Shown here in pieces: positions 28,594 to 42,498 of a DNA stretch of 64,000 nucleotides. The stretch covers positions 213,404,001 to 213,468,000 of the forward strand of contig OZ024741.1 in assembly GCA_964016885.1 (NCBI GenBank), in the 5' to 3' direction. The stretch's first letter is position 1. The number at the start of each line of letters is the position of its first letter. The notes beneath the pieces are model-generated. The model saw only the letters and a program-made list of their open reading frames with translations. It ran no database searches and had not been told where the DNA came from. The translations under genes and the position numbers were made by a program. Origin of the DNA: Eledone cirrhosa (taxonomy: Eukaryota).

Positions 28594-28644
28594 TTGCTGA
28601 CAATCGTTTCTTCCATACTTTCGTGTTGAATTCATCGGAGCACT
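28594..28644 (-). ncRNA. Degenerate hammerhead ribozyme (CCGAUGA core), related to 20993-21053
   Basis: UGCU-CCGAUGA-aUUCaacAC(GAAA)GUaugGAA-GAAA-C(GAUU)G-UC-AGCA. Confidence 0.55.
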
Positions 28645-28931
28645 AGCAACGTTTGGACATATAATTAACTTGCTATTCAACTGAACAATCATATAGATAC
28701 ATGGATATTAATGTTGTCATCAACAGTTTCATATTTACAGAGTGGAATGCATGTGACAGAGATTACAAGAGAATAGTATAATAATTAAAGAGGCATTAAG
28801 GTAGAAAGTTACTTTTATTTATATATATAGTTACTTTTATTTATATATATATATAATTTTAGATAAATATTAACATATATATATTTTCATATATATTTGT
28901 GTGTGTGTGTGTGTGGAAATAGACAGAAAGA

Positions 28932-28973
<42 letters not shown>

Positions 28974-29369
28974 CATGCTGTCCAGTCTCTAGAGTGAAAG
29001 ACAAAATGTTTTTCCGTATCCATTCTGACTATCTGCGCTTTTCATATATATTGCGTTTAGGTAATTTCTTTCTTTCCTCGAAGAGGAGAGGTCGATAAAT
29101 AATTTACTAATCAAAACCACTTGACTTGCGGAATTGACAGAACATTGGAGGAGAAGCCTTGCGGTATTTTTTCCTGCATTCGAGGTTCTTAATGCGCAAT
29201 CAAGATTAAAACCATTTCTTTTGTGGGTGTCTTTTCTGAGTTACACTGCACTGGAAAAATATGGACCCAGTTGCCATTTTATTGTCTCCGTTGTCTCCGA
29301 AAGCTCGTGAAAAAAGTCCAATGATTACTAACTATATTATTGTTTCTAGATCACAACATTTGATTGGTA

Positions 29370-30586
29370 ATTTATATTATTGACCCAGGAAGAATGGAAG
29401 ACAAAGTTGATCTCGGTGGATTTTAACACCAATCTTCCTTGACTAAATATGTATTTCTAATTATGGCACAAGGTCAGCAATGTTAGAAATGTGGGATGTC
29501 GATTACATCAACCCAATACATCACTGATATCTTTTTTTATCGATGCAGGAAAGATGAACGACAAAGTTATCACCGCCCTTACTAAATAATTGTTTCTACT
29601 TGTGGCACAAGGTCAGCAATTATTCCAGTTCATTACTGGTACTTTATTTTATCGACCCCGTAAGGATGAAAGGCAAAGATAACCTCGGTGGGATTTGAAC
29701 TCAGACCATAAATGGGCGTAACTCTATGCTGGAAAGCATGGCGTCCGACCCACTACCGATACTGCCAATCCACCACCCTTGACTAAACAATGGTCTCTAA
29801 TTTAGGCACAAGGCCAACAATTTTAGGTGAGAAAAAAGTCAATTAAATCGACCCTCCTGCATTGCCGGTGCTTTAATCATCGACCTCGACGGGATTTGAA
29901 AGCAGAATGTAAATGGCCGTAACTCCATGTCGCGAAGGATGTCCGACTATCTGCCAATACAGCCAATCCACGAGGAAAAAGCTAAAGATAAGTCGATTAA
30001 ATAGATCCTACTACTTAATGGGTACATTATTTCATTGACCCAGGAAAGGTAAATTTGACCTCGGTGGGAGGGGAGCAATCGAAGCAAATACTGTCAGACC
30101 ATTAAACGACTCCTCCAATACTCCGACCTTCTGTGACTATATAATTGTTTCTGCTTCTGCCACAAAACTAGCAATTTGAAGGGAATGGGGAGAGAAGATT
30201 TAATCGATACCAGTGCATTACTGGTATTGTATTTTATGGACCCCATAACGATGAAAGGTAAAGCTCACTTCGTCGGGATTTGAACTCAAAATGTATAAAT
30301 ATATGCCGCAAGGCATGTTGACCGATGCTCTACCGACATTGCCAATCCAGCACCAGCACAACCCTCTTCTCTCACTAAATAATAGTTTCTGATTTAAGCA
30401 GAAGTCCAGCAATAATGGGGTAGGGGGAAGTCGATTAAATCGACCCCAGTATTTTATTTTATCGACCCCGTAAGGATGAAAGGCAAAGTTAACCTCGGCA
30501 GGATTTGAACTCAGAATGGCAAGGGCCGTAACTCTATGCGCCAAAGCATGGCGTCCGACCCTCTACCGATACTGTCAATCCACCGT
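29370..30586 (-). mobile_element. Head-to-tail cluster of about 6-7 family A SINE copies; best preserved are 29590-29778 and 30381-30586
   Basis: Repeated ttttatcgaccccgtaaggatgaaaggcaaagttaacctcgg..gggatttgaactcag...taccgatactgccaatccac. Confidence 0.85.
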
Positions 30587-31126
30587 CCTTTTAAATAATA
30601 TAAACAAAATGAAATATGAGTGAGATGGAGCCCGCAATCACAATGCCTTCATTGATAAAAATGTTCTTGACCAAAGGATCATATAAAGCCGCCGTCATAA
30701 ATACATTGAGCCTTTTAGTGTTCTCTGTTTGCGGACTGCCACCCTTTAACTCGGAGAAGTCAGGACGGGGGCCTTACACATGAACTACAGACGGCTGTTT
30801 CTCCTCGGAAATACTTCAGTCGAGGGTTCCAGAGTTCATTCCAACCTTAATCTATCGACACCTGTTGAGGTGGAGGCGGTGGAAGGGTGAGAAAAGGGGT
30901 CTTTTAAATCATACAAATATATAGTACAAACAAAATAAAATTGATTTATTTGCTGCTGATATCAATAACTGTTTGTTCCCATTGTAGAAAAGTAAAGTGT
31001 TTAGATATATATACGATGAGATAGGGCTGTTTTTTGGTGGACACATAAAAAAAAACACGCACCCACTCACACATACATACACAAATACGTAAACTAGACA
31101 CCCAGATATATAAACATATATATATA

Positions 31127-31199
<73 letters not shown>

Positions 31200-31207
<8 letters not shown>

Positions 31208-31422
31208 TAAAATAACAGATTAAAGTTTCAGCAAAGAATCGCTGCTTTCACCCTTAACGGGATCTTCTGAAGATCCCGTTAAGGGTGAAATCAGCGATTC
31301 TTTGCTGAAACTTTAATCTGTTATTTTAATAAATATTTGCTCTACGGTTCTTATATATTTGATATATATTTATACTTATCGAGCCCTCTTTGGATGTTAG
31401 TCTTCAAATATATTATTATTAC

Positions 31423-31423
<1 letters not shown>
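31200..31423. mobile_element. Near-perfect palindrome (axis 31268) made of the pLTR of the 41715-45350 PLE family
   Basis: Arms 31200-31267 and 31269-31336 with one mismatch. Matches 45283-45350, and the tail matches 41715-41792 inverted. Confidence 0.85.
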
Positions 31424-31456
<33 letters not shown>

Positions 31457-31466
31457 TAATTATATA

Positions 31467-31502
<36 letters not shown>

Positions 31503-31503
31503 C

Positions 31504-31535
<32 letters not shown>

Positions 31536-31631
31536 GTATAAATATATATATATATACATAGTATATATATATATGTATATATATATGTATATATATATGT
31601 ATATATATATATATATATAGGAACAAGTAAG

Positions 31632-31725
31632 ACCCCGACGGCTGAGCTCAAGCCGTTTCGACGGCTAATTCTGGACTGAATGAAAATTTATTCTGGTATT
31701 TAAATAGCCGAGCTTATCAAGGGGT
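31632..31725 (-). ncRNA. Type I hammerhead ribozyme with U3-A8 core and long loop II
   Basis: ACCCC-UUGAUAA-GcuCGGCUA...UAGCCGuC-GAAA-CGGCU(UGAGCUC)AGCCG-UC-GGGGU. Confidence 0.8.
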
Positions 31726-32786
31726 AATTCCATATATGGTCAAAGAGATAATCACCAGGATTGGTCACATCACAAGTTAGTAGTAAATCTGTGATGGCAA
31801 ATTGGTGGGGGAAGGGGTAGCTGAACCTGCCGGTAGGAGAAAAAGGGAGAGGGGGGAGTAAACCCATTCATGCGTTGGTAGTGCCGGCTACAGCTGGGTG
31901 TGAGGTCAAAGAAGGTACTGGGGAGGGAGAGGGGGAGGAAGTCGAAACGGTAAGTAGAACAATGAAGGGTAAAATTATAAAAAGTACTGAGAGAGAAAAA
32001 AAATAAGCAAAGTCTGGTTACTAAGACTTAAGTCTCTCGCTATTGCTAGGCTAAATAAATTTTAAAAAAAAAAAATATATAATGAAGAATAAAAAATAAA
32101 TAAAAATAAACTAGGTGGGACGGAAATAAAGGGACCCTTATACGAGGTATAAGTGCGTGTATCGTACGGTGACGGGTCAACAAAGGGGGGGCCAAAATAC
32201 TAAAGAGACTACCACGAAATAATAAAGGTTTCTACCCCAATCACAGGGCCAGCAACCACCCAGTGCAAGAAAGTAAACTAGTACGAGAATATAATTCAGG
32301 GTCCCGCAAAAAAATACTAGTGCTAACTCTAAGGGTACCGCCACGAAACAAAAAGTCTTATACAAGCTACATGAAAGATCGTACGAAGTAAAAGTAAAGA
32401 ACAGTAAATTAATACAGACCCCCCCCCCCCCCAAAAAAAAAGGGAAAAAGAGGAAAGAAATACTGGATAAACGAGAAATTAAGGCAAAGATGCCATTAAG
32501 AAATATAGAAGGCACGGAAAAAAGGCACAGCGGTCGGAGAAGGGGGCAAGTATATATATATATATACATATATATTTGTATGTATATGCATATATATTAA
32601 AGTGTTTGGAAATGCTAACTGTGAGATATCACCATTTTGGTTTATAAGGATATTTTAGGTGAAACCCTTCTGTCTCTATGTCCTTGGTAGGATTTACAGT
32701 ATTTACTGACACTGAGGCCGGGCATTATTGTAATCTATATGTGCGTGTGATATTATATATATATATATACATGTATGTTGATATAT

Positions 32787-32972
32787 GGCGGTGGATTGGC
32801 AGTATCGGTAGAGGGTCGGACGCCATGCTTTCCAGCATAGTTATGTCTCTTTACGATCTGAGTTCAAATCCCGCCGAGGTTGACTTTGCCTTTCATCCTT
32901 ACGAGGTCGATAAAATAAAGTACCAGTAATGCACTGGGTGATTGCTGGCCTTGTGCCTAAAGTAGAAAAAAT
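32787..32972 (+). mobile_element. tRNA-derived SINE, family A, full length
   Basis: A box, B box GAGTTCAAATCCC and the conserved body. Confidence 0.85.
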
Positions 32973-33059
32973 TATATATATACATGTATGTTGATATATA
33001 ATGTATGTAGAGACATAAATAGACGCATCTACTTATGTGTGTATATATGTATGTGTGTC

Positions 33060-33092
<33 letters not shown>

Positions 33093-33251
33093 GTGTATGT
33101 GTGTGCATGTGCGTGCGTGTGTGTGTATAATATATTTATATTTCGAGAGAGAGAATGATAAAGTGAGGGGGAGGAAAATATATGAGTATCCCTTTATATA
33201 TATATATTTATATATATATATATATAAAATATATAAAGACAGAGAGAGAGT

Positions 33252-33296
<45 letters not shown>

Positions 33297-33796
33297 CAGA
33301 TGCAGTGTATACACGTGTATGCATTATATATATGTATGCATATCATGTTAGTTACACGTATATATATATATATGTGCTTATATGCTTCTGTATATGTATG
33401 TGTTGTTCCCTCTGCCACACGCCCTCTCGCCTTCTCATTCACCTCCCACCCCTCTCTCACCTTCTCTCTCTCCATCTCTCCATCTCTGTGTATCAACAAT
33501 GTCTAAAAACAAGTAGATCTAGATATATTATATAATAAATCTTTTCAAGTAATACAGAATGGCTTTCTTAAGGAAATGCTCATTAAAATGAGAGAGAATC
33601 CCCCAGAGAGATACATGTGAAGTGGAGTAAAGGTGTTGGACCTCCGTCGCTTTCTACGGCGAGTGTAACAGTTGTCTGACAAACGGAATAGCCTCCTTGT
33701 GAAATTAAAGTGCAAGTGTCTAAGCATTCCACAAACACAATTTTTCCAGGAGATTCACCATAATAAAGTGTGTGACAAAGCTGGGATTATTATTAT

Positions 33797-33975
33797 TGGC
33801 AGTATCGATAGAGGGTTGGACGCCATGCTTTCCAGCATAGTTACGTCCCTTTACGCTCTGAGTTAAAATGCCGTCGAGGTTAAGTTAGCCTTTCATCCTT
33901 CCGAGGTCGATAAAATAAACTACCAGTAATGTCCTGGGTAATTGCTGGCCTTGTGCCAAAAGTAGAAACAATTAT
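33797..33975 (+). mobile_element. tRNA-derived SINE, family A
   Basis: Same motifs as 32787-32972. Confidence 0.8.
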
Positions 33976-34273
33976 GATTTAAATTTAAACACCTTATTTC
34001 TTCCAGCTGAAATAAACTTACTATAGAACACGAGGTGCGGTTGTGAATCGACCTCAAGTCTTTACAATCGGGAACGAATACCCTAACCATTTCGCCAGAT
34101 ACGAGATACATACTAGTTGACGAAAGCCTAGAATTATATGTATAGTTAGGTAGATGCGACATATACATACATATTTTGTGTGTACATATATGAATATATA
34201 TATATATATATATATAAACATACACATGTGTGCATTTAAATACACACACACGCACGTACACACACACTCACAT

Positions 34274-34331
<58 letters not shown>

Positions 34332-34337
<6 letters not shown>

Positions 34338-34472
34338 ATATTTGGGGAGGGTCATATTGTTGTAATATTGCCAGAAATAATAACAGAACACACTCACTGT
34401 TTAGTTTGTTTGGTTTTCGCTTCTGCATATTGTATATCTCCATAGTTAATTTATCTACAAACAATGTTATAC

Positions 34473-34517
<45 letters not shown>

Positions 34518-34610
34518 ATCAAAGTTCTTTCGTCACAGATCTGTGATATCATCAGTGGTACTATTATGTTTACTCCCGTTGTATTTTAATGCCTACGCCA
34601 TTTTTATTTA
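34332..34610 (-). mobile_element. pLTR fragment (family of 9142-9522) with HHR at 34512-34563
   Basis: UAGUACCA-CUGAUGA-uaUCACA(GAUC)UGUGAc-GAAA-GAAC-UU-UGAUAGACUA. Stem II covaries with 9341-9392. Confidence 0.7.
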
Positions 34611-34650
<40 letters not shown>

Positions 34651-35805
34651 ATACATACACTCTATCAGGGTTGCCTTTTGACTACATGTGTTACCCCCCC
34701 CCCCCTCTCATTCTCTCTGCTTCTTAATTAATTTGTTCCTGATCCTATTTCTTCTCTACTCAAACTCTTGCATTAATTTCTTTTCCGATGAAGACCTAGC
34801 ATCCGAAACGTAACTTTCATATCTTCTTTTAAACTTTAAACTAACATACTATTGAAACATATTTTTCTCGGAAGCTGTTTGTTGATTTATTTTATTTCCT
34901 TTCTCCCTCTCTCTATTTCTCTTTGGCTCTCTGTATATATACATACATACACACATACATACATACACACATACACACACACATACACATATATATATAC
35001 ACATATATATAAATATACATGCAGACGTAATAAGTGCATGCTTATGTGTATGTGAGATTATGTGTATATGTATGCATGTGTGAGACTAGAGTTTGCTACA
35101 CATACGGTGTATGCCTGTATGTGCACGCATACATATATATATGTGTGTGTGTACCCTTGTGTGTGTGTGTGCGTGTTTATGTGTGTGTGTGTCTGTTTAT
35201 GTGTCTCTATAATGTTTCAAACGCATATGTGTACGCATGCATGTATGTATATGCAAGTTAGTAAACGTGTGAGAACACTGTCTCTGCCTCTATGTGTTAT
35301 TATAGTATTTACTTTAACCAGACTACAGAATAATATCATGGCGGCGGCGGCGGTCGGAGGATGGGTGGGAGTAGATGGAGATTTTTCTTTGTTTTTCTTT
35401 AGTTTTTTAGTATTATATTTTATTTCTCTTTCACTGACATTAATGCCTCACATAAAATATGACTACTTTAGAAAGAAGAAAAAAACAAGACCCCAAAAAT
35501 AAACAATATAAAAAAATAAAAACTCAAAAAATATAAACCAAACAAAAGAAAACAAAGTAAAGCAGACATGTTAGAGGATGGATTATATTTACAAGGTTTT
35601 GTTTTTGTGAGACGCAATGTGTAGCTTTAAACAATGGATAACCAGATAAGCCGTCTTCAAGTCATTAACATTGGTCAAATGAAGGCTGTCATTATGTTAA
35701 CTCGGGGATCAGTCTGTCCGGCTCGTTTACATTACAAGAAGTTGTAATGGACGATGCTTTGGATTCTGCGTAAGCTCTGGCAGTCGTTTCTTCATATATA
35801 TATGC

Positions 35806-35887
<82 letters not shown>

Positions 35888-36105
35888 GGGGGGGGGGGCG
35901 TATGTATGTAAATATATATATATATATATATACATATATATACATATGTATACATATATATACATATACATATATATTCATACATATGCATATATATACA
36001 TATATACACATATATATAGATATGTATATATACATATAGAAATTTATGTATATATAAATATAAGTATGTATATATATATTTGTAAATGTATATATTTGTA
36101 AATGT

Positions 36106-36138
<33 letters not shown>

Positions 36139-36639
36139 GAATATATATATTTGTATATATATATGTATGTATATATATATGTGTGTCTGTGCGCGCATGT
36201 GTATGTGTGTGTGTGCATGTGTATTTATGTGTCTGTGTGCTCGTGCGTGCGTGTATATATGTGGGTGTGTGTATGCATTTGTATATATCTATCTATCTCT
36301 CTGTCTATCTATTCTTTTCTTCTGCTTTCCCTCGCTCTTTCTCTTTTCTCTTGCTATCTGTGTTCTTTCACTCCCCTACTACATCTCCCTTCCTCTTCCA
36401 TTCCTCTTTCTGTCACTTTCCCCTTCTCTATTTCCCTCTCTTTAAGACTCTCCCCCTCTCCCTCTCTCTCCCTCTCTCTCACTCTCTATACTCTCCCTCT
36501 CTCTCTCACTCTCTCACCTCTCTCTTCATCAATGAGTTAGGGGATTGATATTCCTAGCAGGAAGATGCGGAATTTGAACTCAGATAGAGTGGAGTCGCAA
36601 CAGAGCCAGAAGTTAAACTGACTCATCAAACATTTTACC

Positions 36640-36800
36640 ACTACACCACACATTTCCTGGTACTTATTTATCGACCCTAAATGGATGAAAGTCAAAATTG
36701 ACCACGCGGGTATATGAACACAGTGATTTATGTACAGTGAGCCGAAAAAATATCGTGACATTTTTTTATCCGATGCTCTATCGATTCTGCCAATTCACAG
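36640..36800 (-). mobile_element. Diverged family A-like SINE
   Basis: ctggtacttatttatcgaccctaaatggatgaaagtcaaa...gattctgccaattc. Confidence 0.6.
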
Positions 36801-36970
36801 CCATATTGTAAAAATCAAAACAAAATAAATAGCAAATCTTTTGAGATATTTCCACTTCGTGTATTTTTATCTATTTCGGAGATTTGAACATTCTAATGTT
36901 CCAATGTCGCACAGGAGCAACAGAGAATTGATATGAAATAAGATTCCAGAATTTGGAAGAAATCAACCTT

Positions 36971-37068
<98 letters not shown>

Positions 37069-37270
37069 GATTCATTGACTTGTCTCTATTTTCCCCTCTC
37101 TTTACGTTGCATACCACCATGCGTTTGTTTCATTCCCTCTGTTTTCCCACTGTCCCGATTAACTTAATCGCTCGCACTGATTTTCGGCAGACTACTGATG
37201 AGGACATTTTACCCCTTGTCTATTTTTATTCATATGTTCATGTTCGCAACAACGTAGCACGCCATACTTC

Positions 37271-37309
<39 letters not shown>

Positions 37310-37349
37310 GGGGGGGGCGTGTGTGTGTGTGTGTGTGTGTTTGTGTGTG

Positions 37350-37521
<172 letters not shown>

Positions 37522-37635
37522 TATATATACATACACACACTTAATATTCATAACCACCATGAAACATCGAATAATTCATATTATTCATAGATAAAATATA
37601 TTATTTGTAACCAAAAATATATTTACACACACACA

Positions 37636-37697
<62 letters not shown>

Positions 37698-38036
37698 TTT
37701 GTTCTATGTTCGCGTTATTTCCGGGTCAGAACACAATATGAAGTCTAAATGTGATAGAACATGGCCTCCCAAAATTGACACAATTTTCATAGAAGCAGAC
37801 GTTCCTATTGACGAGCGTTTGGTAAGGTCGTCTGCTAACTATTGCTGCTGAAATTGTTATTAACTTTATCTGTCTCCATTGCCTTATCAACCATATATCA
37901 GGTTATATCCCTTATATAAGTTATATAATAATACTGGATCGATTTGGAATATCGAACACGAGAAAAACATTAAAATAGAAACGAAGAGGGAAAGAAAAAT
38001 ATAAACTATTCCTGTTTTTTAACATATATTTTATTA

Positions 38037-38086
<50 letters not shown>

Positions 38087-38253
38087 AATGTCTGTCTGCC
38101 CAAGCGAAATAGGAAAAGCGACGAACATCAAATGAAATGTTGAGTATGTTATCGGTGTTTTGATACATATGAATATGTATGCATATATGTATTCTATATA
38201 TATATGTATATATATATATGTATGCATATATGTATTCTATATATATATATGTG

Positions 38254-38285
<32 letters not shown>

Positions 38286-38857
38286 AAGAAAAACGCACTC
38301 AGATATATATATATACATATTTATATATATATATACACGCACGCGCACACACACATATATATGCGCATATATATATATATATATAAATATGTGTGTGCGT
38401 GTGAGTGTATACATATATATATATGTGTGTGTGTGAGTACATATATATACATCTGAGCGTCTGTATGTATGTGTGTGTGTGTGCACGTATAATTAGAAAC
38501 AGATATTGGGAGGATGTGGAAAGTGGAGAAGTAGGAAGGTGGGGTGTGGAAGGTGAGTGGAAGGTGGCGTATATGAATATGTTCAATGAAGGAAACCCGT
38601 CAGTGATCAATAGTTGACATGGTGATTGATTTTTGTTCGATAAAAATACTACGACCTCCGCATATATATTTGTTTTATTTATTTTTAGTTTTAGTTACAT
38701 TTATTAATTTTATGTTTTTATCGTTTTCATTCATATTTTTTATTTTTTATTTTGGCGTTCTGCAAGGTTTGAACATATTACAGCAAATAATAGTCGAGGG
38801 TATTTTTGGCCAACGGTTTTGGTAGGTGGGCAAATATAGAGTGCGTATGTGTGTGTG

Positions 38858-38888
<31 letters not shown>

Positions 38889-38981
38889 AGGAGAGAGAGA
38901 GGGGGGAGGATGTGTAAACGATAGAGTGAAGACGATTCAGGAAAAGAGAGTGGTGATATTGAAATAACGTTAGACTGACAT

Positions 38982-39062
<81 letters not shown>

Positions 39063-40898
39063 GTGGTTGTGTGTGTGTGTGTGTGTGTGTGTGTTTGTAT
39101 GTGCGTGCGTATGTGTATATATATATATATTGAAGGTCAAAATATATGTTTGGGTGAAGGTCGTTTATATAAATGGCGGCTATGAACAAATAAAAGGATG
39201 TACGTTTTGTGTTTGTGATGAACGTTGTAACTAAATTAATCAAAGGCCAGACGGTGGGTGTCCAGCGATGTAGGATGGTTTGGGGGATTGGCAATGCTGG
39301 GAGCCTAGATTGAGTCGTGTGTGAGGGGTTTTATTAGAGGTGCGACAAAATAAAGTAATGGAAGAATTATTAATGCAGCGTAGTATCGAATTAAAATATA
39401 TTGTCTCGTCTATTTTCGAGACAGTTTCTTATTCCTGTGCTTCCATGTTCTATACAATATGTACGCCATTAGTAAACAATGTTTAATACCGCAGCCTGGT
39501 CTATATGAAAGACATTATGGCTGCTGCCAGCTTCCAGTACGGGTCTACGGTAACGTCAGTGATACTCCCCAAAGTGGGGGCAACCGGCCCCTGCTCTCAA
39601 GCACCCTCGGAGAAAAACAGGAAAGTAATGAGGAGCTTCTGAATGCTGTTGGGTATCAAGACGTGATAAGGGTGTAAATAACAAAGAATAAAAATTAGTA
39701 GTTACTCGTAAAATCGCCACCATTATTGGTCAGTAAATGCTTAGTTGTAATATTTAAAACGTAATCAATGTACAATCCTTTACCAGCTATACAATAGGAG
39801 AGTCGACAAAAACTTCATCGTGATGCTAGTGCTGTGAAATGTTGCATGCATTAATTTCAATTCGTCGTATTAATAAATGCTTTGTTTCTTTCTAGAAACT
39901 ATGTTGAAAAATAAACCTCATATGGTCATTTCATGAGAGTATCTTGGTCAGACTATGAATGTTTCTGTCGATCCTTGACGTTGGCGCAAATTGAATAATT
40001 AAAAAAAGTGTTGGAATCACTGCTTTAAGAGAACATGGATATTATTACTCAAATAAGAAGAATATTGGCACAACGGGTAGATAGATTAAAATAGCTTTCC
40101 ACATAAGGTATTGTAAGTTCGAAACCTGTAAGGGTCGCTTTATGTTTCTGTAAGGCCAGGGGTCTATAAAATTAATTTGTTATTAACTAATCTGATTAAC
40201 ACAACCGCCTATTCCCCAAGTGTTCCTCTAGCGAAGGCCACTCTACCTGATGAAAGCATTCAATCTAGGTCTTCCATCAGAGGAGAGATACCCAAACGTT
40301 TTAAACTTCCACCCCTTAATGGAATATTTGATGCCTCATCAACCCCTTCATGGTATATTCCTTAGCTTCCTAATCGACCTCTTCATGGAATTATGACTCC
40401 GTCATCGACCCTTTCATCGTATCTTTGACTCCTACATTGACATTTTAGTGGAAATCCTGATTCCGCACCGACCTCTTCATGGAGACATTTTAACCTCATC
40501 AACCCTCTTCATGGTAACATTCACCCCTCACAATCCCTTTCATAGGATCCTAACTCCATCTGCCACATCAAGCCAACCAAAATTTACAAAACTTAATGAG
40601 TAAAATAAACCAGTAAACAGAATATAAAAATAAAATAAACAAGAGATGATAGTTGCAATTTATTGTATTATTTTATGTATTTGTATTTCTTAAACATATA
40701 TATGACAGCAATGTCATTACTACCACAGAGGTTCGACGAGCCATTGATTACAGAGTCGGGCTAGATCGATATAGATAGAACTGTGAGCTGATCAACAGCG
40801 AAACATGCGTCACCAACCAATAGACGTAATGAAGGAGTAACCATTCGTCCTTGTTTTATATATATGTATATATGTATTTTATGTATATATATTTACAT

Positions 40899-40947
<49 letters not shown>

Positions 40948-40953
<6 letters not shown>

Positions 40954-41134
40954 TGAGATTCTACAGGACTAGAACTGTTTCATTCTTTAGAAATCATCAG
41001 GAATCTCCTGATGATTTCTAAAGAATGAAACAGTTCTAGTCCTGTAGAATCTCATCTATATTAAAACTTTTATACTCTGCAATGTATTGAGTACCTTACT
41101 TACTGTGGTTACCTCCGATTCAACCCGGAATAAC

Positions 41135-41135
<1 letters not shown>
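40948..41135. mobile_element. Palindromic pLTR insertion in (TA)n (arms about 40948-41002 and 41006-41061)
   Basis: Direct reading. Related fragments at 24304-24367 and 62095-62228. Confidence 0.85.
40955..41007 (-). ncRNA. Type I hammerhead ribozyme
   Basis: GAGAUUC-CUGAUGA-u.UUC(UAAA)GAA.u-GAAA-CAG(UUCUAGUC)CUG-UA-GAAUCUC. Stem I is 7 bp; the triplet is GUA. Confidence 0.85.
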
Positions 41136-41194
<59 letters not shown>

Positions 41195-41196
<2 letters not shown>

Positions 41197-41460
41197 CTGA
41201 TGTTGTCTGTGTGTGTGTCCTCATTTTTACAAAGTCTATACAAATCCACATTTCTACTCAGATTGAGTTCAAACTTGCATTTACATATTCCTTGCGGTCT
41301 AAAGATACTAACTGCAGCTTTTATTTTATTTTCTGTTGTTAAAGGGGTGTTAGGCGCCGGTTATCGATCGCCGTCGCGCCTTTATAATATCTGTCTGTAT
41401 GCCTGCTGTCTGCATAACGACATTCTGACGAACACGTCATTGCTGACGTATTATCTTCGC
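41195..41460 (+). mobile_element. 5' fragment of a Helitron-like element related to 14609-15402
   Basis: Shared aactga.g.tgtctgtgtgtgtg start and gtcgcgcc.ttataatatctgtctgtatg segment. Confidence 0.5.
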
Positions 41461-41647
41461 TACATTCACACACACACATATATATACTTATATACTTATA
41501 TATACATATATATATATATACACATATATACATATACATACACATATATACACATATACATATATATATATACATATACAAACATATACACATTATAGAT
41601 ATACACATATACACATAAACATATATTGTATATACACATACACACAC

Positions 41648-41716
<69 letters not shown>

Positions 41717-42414
41717 GTAATAATAAAAAATGTGAAGACTAAAAACCAAAGAGGGCTCGATAAGGATAAATATATACCAAATATATAAGAACCTTAACGG
41801 GATCTTCTGAAACTAACAAAGTCAATCTGTGAACGCAGAAGTGAATATTTCAAAAAACGTTGCAACCGTAGGAAGACAGGAAGACGATACTTTGATTCGT
41901 GGAAACGTTCCCTGGCAAAGAACGGGAAATAACGAATATAATACGTCATTATTTGGAGCAGTTAAAAACAATTACACGCAAAGACAAAACCACGTTTATG
42001 GTATAAAAGAAGTCGTAGACTAATATTCTATTAGGTGGTTCATAGAGACGTTCTCTGGCAATGAATGGAAAAAACGAAGATAATACGTCATATGTAGAGT
42101 GGGGAGAACAATTGCACCCAAAGACAAAACCACGTAAATGGTATAACTGAAGTCGTAGACTAAAATTCTAACTAGGAAACCGAATGATTCTCGGCTTCAG
42201 AGTTAAGAATAAAGTGAATAAAATACAGAGGCTATTGAAATTAAATAAATACATACACGCATCAATATACGTACATGCACTCGCCATAGGTATACATATA
42301 CACGCACGTACAACGAAAAAAACCAAAAAAAACCACACGCACATACAGAACCCACGCAACGCCTGTACCCGCACGCATACGAATGTATACACCAAATACA
42401 CATAAAAGTCTATA

Positions 42415-42467
<53 letters not shown>

Positions 42468-42498
42468 AGTGTAATTTTCTACACAAAACGAAGGTTAT

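Noticed and set aside
34785-34815. CCGAUGAAGAC...UCCGAAACGUA resembling the 57325 HHR
   Set aside because: Stems I and II are too decayed to support a call.
37190-37262. CUGAUGA-GGACAU...AUGUUC-GCAA-CAACG-UA
   Set aside because: GAAA is mutated and there is no stem I; at best a dead HHR relic.
40781-40811. CUGUGA-GCUG(AUCAA)CAGC-GAAA-CAUGCG-UC
   Set aside because: The core lacks one base and no stem I pairing was found; possible relic only.
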